A stretch of 40,282 bases of DNA from Octopus bimaculoides (GCF_001194135.2 NC_068983.1:105935680-105975961); one strand, 5' to 3'. Positions 1 to 10,947 are shown, numbered from the stretch's first letter. The notes: a model not told the origin generated them from the sequence alone. Made by a program: numbers and translations.

Positions 1-51
<51 letters not shown>
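1..51. repeat. (AT)n microsatellite
   Basis: Direct reading. Confidence 0.98.
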
Positions 52-54
<3 letters not shown>

Positions 55-198
55 GTGTACATACATATATGAATACATACACAACACACACACGTGTGTG
101 TGTATGTGTGTGCTATTTAGAAATGAAATCTGAACCGCCACCCTCTTACTATAGGTGTGCAGATTGCGCATATAATCCATCTCCTTGTTTCTATCCAG

Positions 199-434
199 TT
201 GCCAAGCCTACAGACCATCCATACCTAGCCCAAAGGTGACTCAATGACACCCACATTCACAAACTTGGAATTATATTCTCCTTGCCACCTATCAACCCCT
301 CTCTCTCTCTCTCTATATATATACTCGGTCATAATGTCTTACGTTTAAGATGGTTCCCATACATTCCCCGAGGAGAAGTTTACATTTTTAACATCGACGA
401 TTCCTATGGATCGCACAAATTGTANNNNNNNNNN

Positions 435-469
<35 letters not shown>

Positions 470-962
470 GTGTGTGTGCTCACACAGAGGAGAGAAAAGA
501 GATAGACAAAGGGAGAGATGGAGATGTTTGTATTCTAGAATGATAACAGGCCAAACCGAAACCCTGGACCGAATCGAACTCAGAAACCTGCAGTCAGCAT
601 CTAAATGCAGAAAAACGTAATGACGGGGCAGGCTGAAGAGCACCGACTCAAGAAGATAAAGACGTAACTGTGCGTAGGTGCGTGTACACACATGCATGTA
701 AATTAATTGTGAATAACGGATAAAGCGCAGACCGCGTGTCATAGAACGCCTTAAAAGTAGTTCAGACATACGGTTGAACGTGTTAAACTTTAAATAATAA
801 GGGATGAAGGAGAATGGGTTGATCTCAGGGTGAAGTCTGGCGAGTGTCACCATGTGACGAGACAAGTGATATTCTATTCAGTGATGTATCTTCAATCAAC
901 ACCCCTTTCTTTGAATTCAGAGCACAATAGACAACAGAAGTAGTTTAAGTAGTTTACTAAGG
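199..962 (+). CDS. Candidate chain of short coding exons (199-235, 350-421, 539-616, 802-829, 921-962); product unknown
   Basis: AG/GT boundaries with compatible phases give xAKPTDHPYLAQRWFPYIPRGEVYIFNIDDSYGSHKLMITGQTETLDRIELRNLQSASKCRKTDEGEWVDLRSTIDNRSSLSSLLR. Acceptors at 198 and 920 have good pyrimidine tracts; the others are weak. No recognised homolog. Confidence 0.25.
425..434. other. Assembly gap; further N-gaps at about 10678-10934, 14134-14714, 21156-21243, 21717-21816, 30107-30192, 31578-31781
   Basis: Runs of N, mostly abutting microsatellites or repeats. Confidence 0.98.
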
Positions 963-1302
963 GTGTGTGTGCGTGTACGCAAGATATGGAATGGTATGTT
1001 GAATGGGAGGAAAAAGACAGGCAGCAAGCCAAGTTACCTAGATACATACACACACACACACACATACATATACATATATATGTTTAAGGGGTGATATATG
1101 AACAAGTAATCAGCTCCCTACCCTTACAAAAAAAAAAAATAAAAAAAGCAAACAAACAAACATACAAACAATTACTTGAAATTTGCCTTTTAATGAAAGA
1201 AAACAATACCTTGGCGACTTTCAAAGAGAAGGGAGATAATACCAAGGAGTTAATTTAAAAAAGAAATCTTTGTTAGCAGGCCAGGTGGACTTTATCAGCG
1301 AA

Positions 1303-1303
<1 letters not shown>

Positions 1304-1394
<91 letters not shown>

Positions 1395-1542
1395 CACACA
1401 CACACACACACACATATATGTACATACACACACACACATATATATGTACATACACACACACACATATATATGTACATACACAGACATATATATATGTACA
1501 TACACAGACATATATATATATGTATATATATATATATAGACC

Positions 1543-1588
<46 letters not shown>

Positions 1589-1600
1589 CACATACATATA
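1304..1600. repeat. Compound (AT)n/(AC)n microsatellite
   Basis: Direct reading; source of six spurious ORFs in the track. Confidence 0.97.
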
Positions 1601-1789
1601 TTACATACAAATATAAGAGGAATGACCAGCAAAAGTGGACTCCTATATGCTAGAAATAGATGCCGAATCATCTAACCAACGAAGAATATGTTCTCAGTAA
1701 AATTTCAGCGAGACAACAGACCGTACCCTTATTATTAAATTTTATACATACATATATATATATATACATATTTATATATATATCCACAC

Positions 1790-1822
<33 letters not shown>

Positions 1823-1824
1823 CA

Positions 1825-2020
1825 TGATGGCTGCCCCCTCGTTATCGAGTATGGCCATTGCACGAAGCTTAACTTAACGGTGCTGTGATCGAATGTGACT
1901 TTTTAGCCCAGCCAAAGATCTACAATGTCTTGCACAGAGTTGGCATCCAAAACCTTTACTGGCAATAGCTGGCTGTTGTTGTAATTGGGCTCCATGTACC
2001 TTTGCGTGTCGTTTAAGTCA
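1825..2020. mobile_element. Possible LINE (RTE-like) fragment
   Basis: GC-richer island resembling an octopus interspersed repeat from memory; no diagnostic protein motif read. Confidence 0.25.
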
Positions 2021-2023
2021 ACG

Positions 2024-2308
2024 ATCAGCTGTCCTGCTGATGTGAATATCTTTTTGAAAATCAAAGAGAAAGAAGATTACTATGTACAACTGCTTCGAAA
2101 CCGCAAGCTTTAGTATCCGAATTATAAATTTACATTTATATCATTAATAATTGGAACACTTGGTTTTGAAAGTAAATACCTAACTGTCAGTCTGGATAAG
2201 CTTGGATTTTCAGAAAAAGGTATCAAGCAATTGATTCGCACAGTAGAAATAAAATCTGTAAGCGGAAGAGTACAACAATGCAAGACTTTTCTCAGATTTA
2301 AAATGTGA
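2024..2308 (+). pseudogene. 3' end of a restriction-like-endonuclease (RLE) non-LTR retrotransposon ORF (R4/Dong/NeSL-type), one internal stop
   Basis: Translates as ISCPADVNIFLKIKEKEDYYVQLLRNRKL*YPNYKFTFISLIIGTLGFESKYLTVSLDKLGFSEKGIKQLIRTVEIKSVSGRVQQCKTFLRFKM*, matching the E-x-SCP-x-D...K..KY...IIG-x-LG C-terminal RLE pattern. Confidence 0.8.
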
Positions 2309-2714
2309 CAGTGTTTAGCGTTATCTACATTCCAGAGATGGAGCTTTCTATCTTGGTTAGAAACCAGCTCCTTCTTCAGAGGGAGAATTTAAATGATTAA
2401 AAACAGAAGAGACGTACGTACATACATGCATATTAGTAAGTAAAAGAAGAAAATTATGAAAGTAATGCCTGGATAGATGGGTATCTTTGAGTCAACTTTT
2501 ATCAAGGTTCGGTTAATGGGTTGGGCAAGTAAATAGAAAGAGATGGTTTGTGTGTACTGTAGTAAGAATTTATTTACGACTATATTAGTTATATAAGTTG
2601 ATACAGTTAGCAGTGGTTGATGTGGTGTAGGATTGTACAGTCGCTCGCGTGTGTATGCATTGGAGACAAAGATATATGGTGAGGAACAGCAACACTACCA
2701 ATACCATCATAATT

Positions 2715-3270
2715 ATCGACGTCTAACTTCGGCGTAAGGCCAAAAATTTTGGGGATAAGTAGGGCCGGTTAAATCGACCTCGCTGAGAATTGAACTGAGA
2801 ATGCAAAGGGTTAAATACTGCAAGGCATTTTGTCCAACGCTGTAACGATTCTGTAGTCCCCCGTTCTGTCCCGAATACCATCAACACCATCACCACTACA
2901 GCTAATAATAATCCTTTCTACTACAGGCACAAGGCTTGAAATTTTTTGGGAAGTGGGATAGTCGATTACATCGACCCCGATATTCAACTGATACTTATTT
3001 TATCGATCCCGATGTTCAATCGGTACTTATTTCATTGGCACCGAAAGGATAAAAGGCAAAGTCGGCCTCAGCAGAATTTGAACTCAGAATGCAAAACGGA
3101 CGAAATGGCGCTATACATTTTTCACGGAGTGCTAATGATTCTTATCTTGACACAAGGCCAGTAATTTTAGAGAGAAGGGATTAGTCGATTACATTGATCC
3201 CTGAAAGGATAAATGGCTGTGAAAGGATGAAATACCGCTGGGCATTTTGTCCGACGCTGTAACGATTTCG
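2715..3270 (-). mobile_element. Three head-to-tail decayed copies of tRNA-derived SINE family B
   Basis: Each repeats cacaaggcc..aatttt..gtcgatta..atcgacc..gaaaggat..aatttgaactcagaa, the reverse complement of the intact copy at 21049-21367. Confidence 0.85.
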
Positions 3271-3599
3271 TCAAATTAGACACCATTCCTTATATTTCTT
3301 CATTTGCTGTCAGATAATTCATGGCAAATGTACATTTTACTAAACTTACGAAATTGAGAAGCTACTAAGCTTTAAGTTTGAAGACGTTACGAGCAGAAGT
3401 TTTTTTGTCCAAGAAAGGGAAATTGAAATTGTTTAAGATAGTACTGAGCAATACAAGCTTATTCAAATTTAGATGACTTTTACCGAAGTACCACTAGTTT
3501 CGTTAGACTCTGGTTGTTCGTAATAAAACTATTTGCACACAAGCTCTTATGTATGGTTGGACTGAATAACATCTTTTAATCCATTAAAATTTTTTTCCC

Positions 3600-4330
3600 T
3601 TCGTTATAACCAAAGATACACACAACGATGCCGTTTATTTTGTACCAAACAAGGAAGCAATATTTAATGTCAAGATTGCTTTTGTTTTGCAGGAAATTCT
3701 GTTTGCAAATGTATCTTTCTCCAACAATATTGCAAAAGTGTAAACAATTTCCTGAGAGCATACCAGTAAAATATCTCGGACTTGCTTCAAAAGAGGAACA
3801 GCTGTGATATTGGTTTTATACAAACCGAAACAGGCGAGAACACAGCACAACGTTTAGTTTCTTAGGTAGCGAAGCCTTTACTCAACAAAATAGTTCGTAT
3901 TTAATTAAATAGACGCCTCAACAAATACACCCTTATCTGAAGAGAAGATATGTCATATAAACAGAGGACTGCTGAAAGTTTTTAAAGGTCTTGTAACACA
4001 CTTCGTTATCTCAAAGACTGTCTACTGTTTATAAACATATTTCAGCTCCCAGACTTCTTCCCATACTTGCATAAGATTTATATACTGCAACATATTGATT
4101 TCCAGACGTCCACTTATTTAACTGCTTATCAAAACGATTAAGATATTTACTCAGTTTAATCGGAAACGTTTCAATTCAAAGACAAACTGATGTGTTAAAT
4201 TCTTGGACCAACCATTGCTAAATAGTTATTGGTAAGGTAGTATTGCTTCCACAAAATAGCGATGCACAGTTGTTAAACAAGATTAAACAGTATAGAAGGA
4301 AGAATAACAGTAACAAAAATGTCACACTTA
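3600..4330 (-). pseudogene. Heavily decayed hAT (Charlie-like) transposase C-terminal remnant
   Basis: Minus-strand pieces TVHRYFVEAILP (CxxHR-like region) and YICKQNF...QNKSNLDIK (resembles the YLCExGFS...KxRxRLD dimerisation motif); many stops and frameshifts. Confidence 0.45.
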
Positions 4331-4436
4331 AAAAATAATTAATTGCTATATCTGTAACGATTTAAGCCTAGTTTTCATGAAAAACATTTAGCTCAGAATG
4401 CATCTGTCGGCTCCAATTTAGTTCTTATATATATAT

Positions 4437-4492
4437 CTTTTACCTTTTACTTGTTTCAGTCATTTGACTGCGGCCATGCTTGGTCACCACCT
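4437..4492 (-). mobile_element. Isolated 3' tail of SINE family A
   Basis: tcttttacttgtttcagtcatttgactgcggccatgct closely matches the tails at 12113-12160 and 7200-7240. Confidence 0.9.
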
Positions 4493-4504
4493 AAAAACTG
4501 TGAG

Positions 4505-4584
4505 ATGCATACAACACTTGGGTTTCCCAAGTGGTCACCCATCTAAGTACTAACTAGGCTCGACATTGCGAAACGGCCGTAAGC
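4505..4584 (-). pseudogene. 5S rRNA pseudogene with ~40-nt internal deletion
   Basis: Minus strand GCTTACGGCCGT-TTCGCAATGTCGAGCCTAGTTAGTACTTAGATGGGTGACCACTTGGGAAACCCAAGTGTTGTATGCAT. 5S 5' end, intermediate element, box C and 3' end are recognisable; 80 nt versus about 120. Confidence 0.88.
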
Positions 4585-4585
4585 C

Positions 4586-4587
<2 letters not shown>

Positions 4588-4625
<38 letters not shown>
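4588..4625. repeat. (TG)n microsatellite
   Basis: Direct reading. Confidence 0.97.
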
Positions 4626-4630
<5 letters not shown>

Positions 4631-5397
4631 CATGCAGCCTGTAATATAACGGGGAACTTTTACGACCAGGGGTAATATTAGGAAATAAGGCATACATACA
4701 ATAATTATGATTTCACATATCAAATTTCTTGATACTTATTCAGAATGATGAAATGAATACTAATTTTTAAAATAAAAATATTTATTATCTTAGAATAAAA
4801 ATAAATAAAACAAATTTCTTATTTATATTAACTCCACCTTCCGTACTCTATCATTTATGCCCTCCCCTCCTGCAACCAAGCTTAGTAAGTGCACTTATCA
4901 TGCACATCTTAATTTATCTATCTTTAGTACCCTCTCTCTATACGATGACAAGCGTTACTAGAGGGATCAACCAACTAACCAACATTTGGATCGCCTATCA
5001 TATATTCAAATTATCTGTACTTCGCGAGAATGGTACACAAGCACCTAGCAGCAATTGTAGTCGACAGAATGAAGAAGGGACATCATCTCAAGCAATTAAG
5101 AATCCTCCGGAATTAACATGCCATCAAGATAAAGAATGTTGTTTTTCCTCTTGAAAGAAGGAGATAATGATGAATTTGTATTCAACTATATTCTTCTAGA
5201 TTCAAATTTTTGCTGGAAACAGCAAAACTTTCAGGTTCAATAAAGTGTCATAGATATATCGGGTTGATTCAATCGGCCATATGCCTTCTCATACAAAAAT
5301 TGTACACAGTAGAAACAAAATCACACACACACTTGTTATATATGAAATCCTGTTTAGCTTACAAACATATTGCACCACTTACTTCAAATTCAAAGGC

Positions 5398-5545
5398 CAA
5401 GGCCGGTCCTTGGGTTGCTGGCGCCCCGGGCAAGCTAAACTACGACGTGGAAATTTCCTTGTCTTTGTCACGCTCTCCTTAGTGCCCCCTAGCACATGGC
5501 GCCCCGGGCGACTGTTCGAGTTGCCGGTACCTTGAGCCGGCCCTG
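5398..5545. mobile_element. 148-bp hAT-type MITE (CAGGGCCGG-like TIR)
   Basis: Ends caaggccggtcc / gagccggccctg; internal repeated ggcgccccgggc; flanks tcaaaggc/acaagggt match 5/8 as a decayed TSD. Confidence 0.7.
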
Positions 5546-5775
5546 ACAAGGGTGCATTGAACACATTTTTCATCCTAAAATAAAACTTAGATAGATATAC
5601 ATAGACCTCGTGTTTCAATGATCCAACCGCACACCTCAGTATGTCGCAGAAGGCATTTCAGTTGTGGTGGGTGTACTCTTATATACTAGCAATCGCTAAA
5701 TACATGTAAACCTAAAAACAAAACAACAGAACAGTAAAACAAATAATAAGCACACACACACACACACACACACAA

Positions 5776-5943
5776 TACAGGTTTTCTTTCAGTTTCCGTC
5801 TATCAAATCCGCTCACAAAGAGCATTGATCGGCATGAGGCTATAGTTGAAAACACTTGCTCCAAAGTGCCGCGCAGCGGGGCCGAAATCGAAACCATGTG
5901 GTTGCAAAGCGAGCTTTTTAACCACATAACTATGCTTGCGCCT
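5776..5943 (-). mobile_element. SINE family A, 5' half
   Basis: Homologous to 12375-12533. Confidence 0.85.
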
Positions 5944-6215
5944 GGTGTTACCCCCCCCCAAAAAAAAAGCGAAACGTGCCAGTAATAGGGGAAGCGATGA
6001 TAGACGAGATTACCAGAAAAGAAACCCTGCTTCTTAAAGCCAGGACATACAATTTTAAAGATCAAAGGCATGAAATTGAAGAAGACTACGTTGCGCATGT
6101 AGGTACCCTCTTTCTGGGTGTCTTGCTTGTTATTTATATTCATTCATATATTTTAGATCAGCATTGCATGACTCGCACTCATGTAGGAATCACCACTGAT
6201 GTATGTATTTATTAG

Positions 6216-6512
6216 CTTTTACTTGTGTCAGTCATTGGTCTGCTGTCATGCTGGGGTATTCCCTTGAAGAGTTTAGTTGAATAAATCAACTACAGTACTT
6301 CTTAATTTTAAGTTTGATACTTATTCTTTTGGTGTCTTTGCTGAACAGCTAGATGCAGGGACATAAACAAACCAGCAACGGTTGTCAATTGGTGGGAGGC
6401 ACCGCCACAAAACACACACACACACACACAACTGGCTTCCGCATAGTCTCCGTTTACCAAATTCACTCACAAGATATTGGTCGACCTGGGGCTATAGTAG
6501 ATATTTTCCCAT
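6216..6512 (-). mobile_element. SINE family A, decayed, 5'-truncated
   Basis: Tail cttttacttgtgtcagtcatt, internal (CA)n and ccaaattcactcacaag motif. Confidence 0.85.
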
Positions 6513-6532
6513 GTAGTAAGACTAAACCCGAC

Positions 6533-6557
6533 TTTCTCTCTCTCTCTCTCTCTCTCA

Positions 6558-6601
<44 letters not shown>
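6533..6601. repeat. (CT)n(CA)n microsatellite
   Basis: Direct reading. Confidence 0.97.
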
Positions 6602-6604
<3 letters not shown>

Positions 6605-6848
6605 CATATAAGAAAAATGGTGGACATTGACTTCGAAGTTTCCCCAGTCGGTGGGATCCGTCAGGCAGTCTGAGGAAATCAAGGACTGGTGAAACTTCGA
6701 AGTGACTCAACCACTTTCCTTGTAAAAATAATTGTGATATTCCACTTAACTTTAATGAGTGGTACTTCAAATAATGTTTGGGTGTTTAATATATAAACTA
6801 TGAGTAAAAACAAACAAAACGCACACACGCATGCAGAAATAATTTATA

Positions 6849-7240
6849 GGCGCGGGAGTGGCTGTGTGGTAAGTAGCTTGCTTATCAACCACATGGTTCC
6901 GGGTTCATTCCCACTGCGTGGCACCTTCGGCAAGTGTCTTCTACTGTAGCCTCGGGCCGACCAAAGCCTTGTGAATGGATTTGGTTAACGGAAACTGAAA
7001 GAAGCCCGTCGTATATATGCTTATGTATGTGTGTGTATATGTTTATGTGTCTGTTTGTCCCCCCTCCCCAACATCGCTTGACAACCGATGCTGGTGTGTT
7101 TACGTCCCCGTAACTTAGCGGTTCGGCAAAAGAGACCAATAGAATAAGTACTAGGCTTACAATCGTCCTGGGGTCGATTTGCTCGACTAAAGGCAGTGCT
7201 CCGGCATGACCGCAGTCAAATGACTGAAACAAGTAAAAGA
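6849..7240 (+). mobile_element. Full-length tRNA-derived SINE family A (octopus OR-type)
   Basis: A-box-like gtggctgtgtggtaag, B-box-like gggttcattccc, internal TG-rich tract, tail tgactgaaacaagtaaaag; near-identical to reverse complement of 12113-12533. Confidence 0.93.
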
Positions 7241-7521
7241 GAGATATATAAACATGTCTGTGTGTTTACATACTCAAACAAACATACGTTATGTTAATAT
7301 ATACAATATATACCTTATGTGTAAACAGATATTCAAAATACGTATTCGAATTTAAGTGGTTTCATATTTATCAGATCATTAGCAACTATTCATGCACTTT
7401 GTATTGTTTTTCCTAGAATATGTGCGCGCACGCGTGCATTGACGTCATATGAATTTATAAACTTTAAGCGTTCATTAATTCTTTGTTGGAACACTGGCTC
7501 TCGAAGCTTAAAATAAAGCTA

Positions 7522-7677
7522 TAAATAATAGCGTGTAAATTATTGAGTGAAAAAACCCCATTTAGATGAAAAAGGCAAAGGCTGCCCGTGAACTTCGAAC
7601 CCAAATCTCCACGACCAGCCTTCGACTTTTCTATTCAAAAGTTTCTTTTTAATCCAATACTTACACGCTATTATTTA
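7522..7677. mobile_element. Small inverted-repeat element (~24-bp IR), MITE-like
   Basis: taaataatagcgtgtaaattattg / caatacttacacgctattattta. Confidence 0.55.
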
Positions 7678-7960
7678 CAACTTTAATCTTCTTCCTTGAG
7701 ATCCAATATTCCAAAAATAAATACACACATATACAGAGATGAGAAAGAGATAAAGAGGAGGGGAGAGAAAAAGACAGAAAAAAGTAAAGTTATGACACAG
7801 TAAGGTTCCTGAGGCAAATCGAGCCATTTCATGGCTTATCACGTATGTGTTCTGCGATAGTCAATCAAAATTAGTGGTCGGGCAAGGCACTACTAATAAT
7901 AGTATCAAAGTGGAGAATGATACAGGAGCAACAGGTGGAATATGATAGCACCTTTGCCAC

Positions 7961-8008
7961 CTGATAGAAGTAATACAATAAAATTCTTTCGAATCAAGCC
8001 CTTCCGTC
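7961..8008 (-). CDS. Candidate 48-nt phase-1 exon (GRKGLIRKNFIVLLLS)
   Basis: Acceptor tgtatctttgtttttag, donor TCAG|gtggca; the donor end could equally be an acceptor. Confidence 0.2.
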
Positions 8009-8089
8009 CTAAAAACAAAGATACAAAACATCGGATCGCATTGTTTTAGATAAGAAAAAAGGCGGATGACTACAGCGGGGATGTTTTTG

Positions 8090-8400
8090 TACATAGCTCC
8101 GCATGACCAGTTAGAAATAAATCAAGGCTACACAACAATAACCATAAGTGCGGCGATCCAACGAGGGAATCTACATAGCCGCTTTGGCCACTCTGAATAG
8201 TTGAAATATTTCTCAAATATCACACCGTTTATATCTTAAATAAAGGACACATTAAATAATATAATAGTGGTAGTAGTATTAATAGTGGTACACAACTTTA
8301 AAAAAAAGACGGGATAGTTACGGTTGGAATGTTTTTGATCAATGGGACTATCTGCTCAGTCAAGGGCTGGTCTGAGACCCTGCAACAACAACAACAACAA
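8090..8400 (+). mobile_element. SINE-like family C with (CAA)n tail; further copies at about 9322-9480(+), 11165-11345(-), 22040-22110(-), 25235-25305(-), 31050-31112(-), 32485-32540(+), 33225-33410(+), 34735-34920(+)
   Basis: Shared acctgctagaaatagcagccaaatctc..tcaaatcac and ggaatgcctttgatcata..gggct motifs among copies in the window. Confidence 0.75.
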
Positions 8401-8589
8401 CAGCTATCGCGGATACATTCGATAATATATTCTATGGTCACAATTGGAATGCTTTTGAACAATAATTCTGAACAAAATCAAGGGCTCACCTATCACAAAA
8501 CGATCCACCACCACCAGTTTATAGCACAATACAAACTAACACTGTTGAAATGTAAAATGCCTATACACTTGAACATATTAAATAATGTC

Positions 8590-8762
8590 CTTGAATGTCT
8601 GTGTGTGAATGTGGTTGTGTCAATATGTGTGTATGTGAATATGGTCGTGGTTGTGTGTGTGTGTGTGTGAAATGTGGTTGTGTGAATGCGGTTTTGTGAG
8701 TGTGTGTGTGTGTGTGTGTGAGAAATGTGGTTGTGTAAATGTGGTTTTGTGAGTGTGTGTGG
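8590..8762. repeat. GT-rich minisatellite (gtgtgaaatgtggttgtgtgaatg units)
   Basis: Direct reading of duplicated ~50-bp unit. Confidence 0.85.
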
Positions 8763-8899
8763 GTAGGTGGGTGAAACAAGTCCTTTGAGTGATTTATTTC
8801 TCCAGCCTGGATTGCGGGACTGATGAGGGGCCGGCTGACATTCTTTTGTCACTGTATATATTAAACTATTTAATAATAATATTTCGTCTACCCTCCCAC

Positions 8900-8962
8900 C
8901 TGACGTAAAAACGTGTTTTATGTTGACGTGGTTTATGTAGTACTCCGTCAACGACACTTTAT
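8900..8962 (-). CDS. Candidate 63-nt phase-1 exon (DKVSLTEYYINHVNIKHVFTS)
   Basis: Acceptor catccattcgttccacag, donor TCAG|gtggga; only this frame is open. Confidence 0.3.
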
Positions 8963-8974
8963 CTGTGGAACGAA

Positions 8975-9193
8975 TGGATGGATGAATAAATGAATGAATG
9001 AATGAATGAATGAATGCATACATACATACATACATACAGACAGACAAACAATAAATAAGACTATTCTGTTAACATTGTCTAATTTCATGTGGAAGAGCCT
9101 TCGTAGTTTCTAGTCTAGAACCGGCCCTTTTCCCATTGGTGAGAAATTCGAAAAATAAAACCAAGAAAAATATGCATGCAAGTATACCATACA

Positions 9194-9225
<32 letters not shown>

Positions 9226-9305
9226 CACGTTCATACACATAGGTATATATACACATGCATACACATACACATAGGTATATATACACATGCATACACATAC
9301 ACATA
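8975..9305. repeat. (ATGA)n/(ATAC)n microsatellites and a 32-bp tandem duplication (9234-9305)
   Basis: Direct reading. Confidence 0.9.
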
Positions 9306-10633
9306 CGTAAGAGCCACCGACAGATCCTCTACATAGTCACTACACCTGCTAGAAATTGCAGCCAAACCTCTTTCAAATCACGCCCTACTATTGTGAAAAA
9401 GGAAAGGCTGCTTAGATAATGTATGTAGTCCTTCATATAATACGTCTGAATGAAAGACAGGGTAGTCACGACAGAAGAATTGAAACAGGGTATGTGTGTA
9501 CTGAACATTGTAGTATATACAAAGCAGTAGAAATTAACGGACATGTGAATATATGACAGAGTATAGAATGTTTATAAATAGTGCATGTGTGAAGGAACGT
9601 AGAAATGTATTAGTAGTAGCATACCCTAAGCATACATATGTACATCTATAGCTACACACACACACACATCAGATACATAGACACACAGACAAGATAACAC
9701 ATGTTTATGTATGTATGTATGTATGTACGTATGTATGTGTGTCTGTGTACGTATGTGTGTGTGTATATATGTATGTGTATGTATAAAATACACTGAAAAA
9801 TTGTGTGAATAGAAAGAAGTTAACAAACAAGTATAAAAAAAGTGAATGTTTATATTTTCTTCGATACCTGAACGCAGTAATTTTGCTTGAAAAATATAAA
9901 CACACGCACACACACACACTTTTGATAGATCAAGAGATAGCTAAAAATAAAGGTAGAAAGAGAGATATGCAGCGGTACCGAAAAAGGTTATGCATACATG
10001 CATACATACGGTCACAGTCGCACAAAGGAATATTTTGTTTATCTTTCAATGTAATTTACATTTTTATCTTATCGTCGAACCAGAATATTCTGTCCGAAAT
10101 TTACAAAAGATAAACACTTGCATACAGAATAATAAAAGTGATATATGATCAGACTGCCTACCAGGTTGTATGTCGGTGTTACTAGCTTTGGTGGAGGCTT
10201 TGACAGTTTTTTTGTCTTCGAGTGTTTTTTTTTCTGCTCCATCTCGTTATCTTCGGTGGAATTTTGCTTCTCCGTCTTCTGACTCTTACAGTTGGTCCAA
10301 ATTAACCAACACGGCTTTAAGGAATCCAGGATGTGTTTTTGTTATTGGGACAGCTTCCGCGAGATAAAGTAAATTAAATATAACGAGTTATCTGTTTATA
10401 AGAGAGCGGCTGTAGTGTTGTCCTGCCAGTTTGTGTACTGTGATATATACATAACGCAGTTGATAGTCCGAGGGTATTTCTCCGTGAATCGACAATTATT
10501 TGCGTGGATATATGCATATATATGCACAGGTTTATTAAATGTCAATACTAGCGTGTGTATGTGTGTTTGTTTCGCTTCGAATCAGCTCAAGCCAACACTT
10601 CAATAAGTATTCTGTATTCTCAAGGCGCCTGGT

Positions 10634-10634
<1 letters not shown>

Positions 10635-10677
<43 letters not shown>

Positions 10678-10947
10678 NNNNNNNNNNNNNNNNNNNNNNN
10701 NNNNNNNNNNNNNNNNNNNNNNNNNNNNNNNNNNNNNNNNNNNNNNNNNNNNNNNNNNNNNNNNNNNNNNNNNNNNNNNNNNNNNNNNNNNNNNNNNNNN
10801 NNNNNNNNNNNNNNNNNNNNNNNNNNNNNNNNNNNNNNNNNNNNNNNNNNNNNNNNNNNNNNNNNNNNNNNNNNNNNNNNNNNNNNNNNNNNNNNNNNNN
10901 NNNNNNNNNNNNNNNNNNNNNNNNNNNNNNNNNNTCTCTCTCTCTCT
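10635..10947. repeat. (GA)n and (CT)n tracts flanking a gap
   Basis: Direct reading. Confidence 0.95.

Noticed and set aside
1221-1675. ORF-track proteins rich in YI/CV/HT repeats (and all similar ones, plus X-filled ORFs at 10539-11025, 14029-14907, 29935-30729)
   Set aside because: Translations of dinucleotide microsatellites or N-gaps, not genes.
4505-4584. Functional 5S rRNA gene
   Set aside because: About 40 nt deleted including part of box A; stem mismatches; not in a tandem array.
5976-6215. Protein-like ORF (IDEITRKETLLLKARTYNFKDQRHEIEEDYVAHV)
   Set aside because: No usable acceptor tract, sandwiched between SINEs, no recognised domain; cannot be supported.
7439-7448. Perfect CRE palindrome TGACGTCA
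   Set aside because: A single 8-mer is expected by chance; no promoter context.
8790-8830. GAAAC..GTC followed by CTGATGA, permuted hammerhead
   Set aside because: Stems I and II do not pair at the core-closing positions.
10165-10370. Lys/Pro-rich minus-strand frame (KSQKTEKQNSTEDNEMEQKKKHSKTKKLSKPPPKL)
   Set aside because: Low complexity, no clear acceptor; more likely a retroelement ORF1 scrap.
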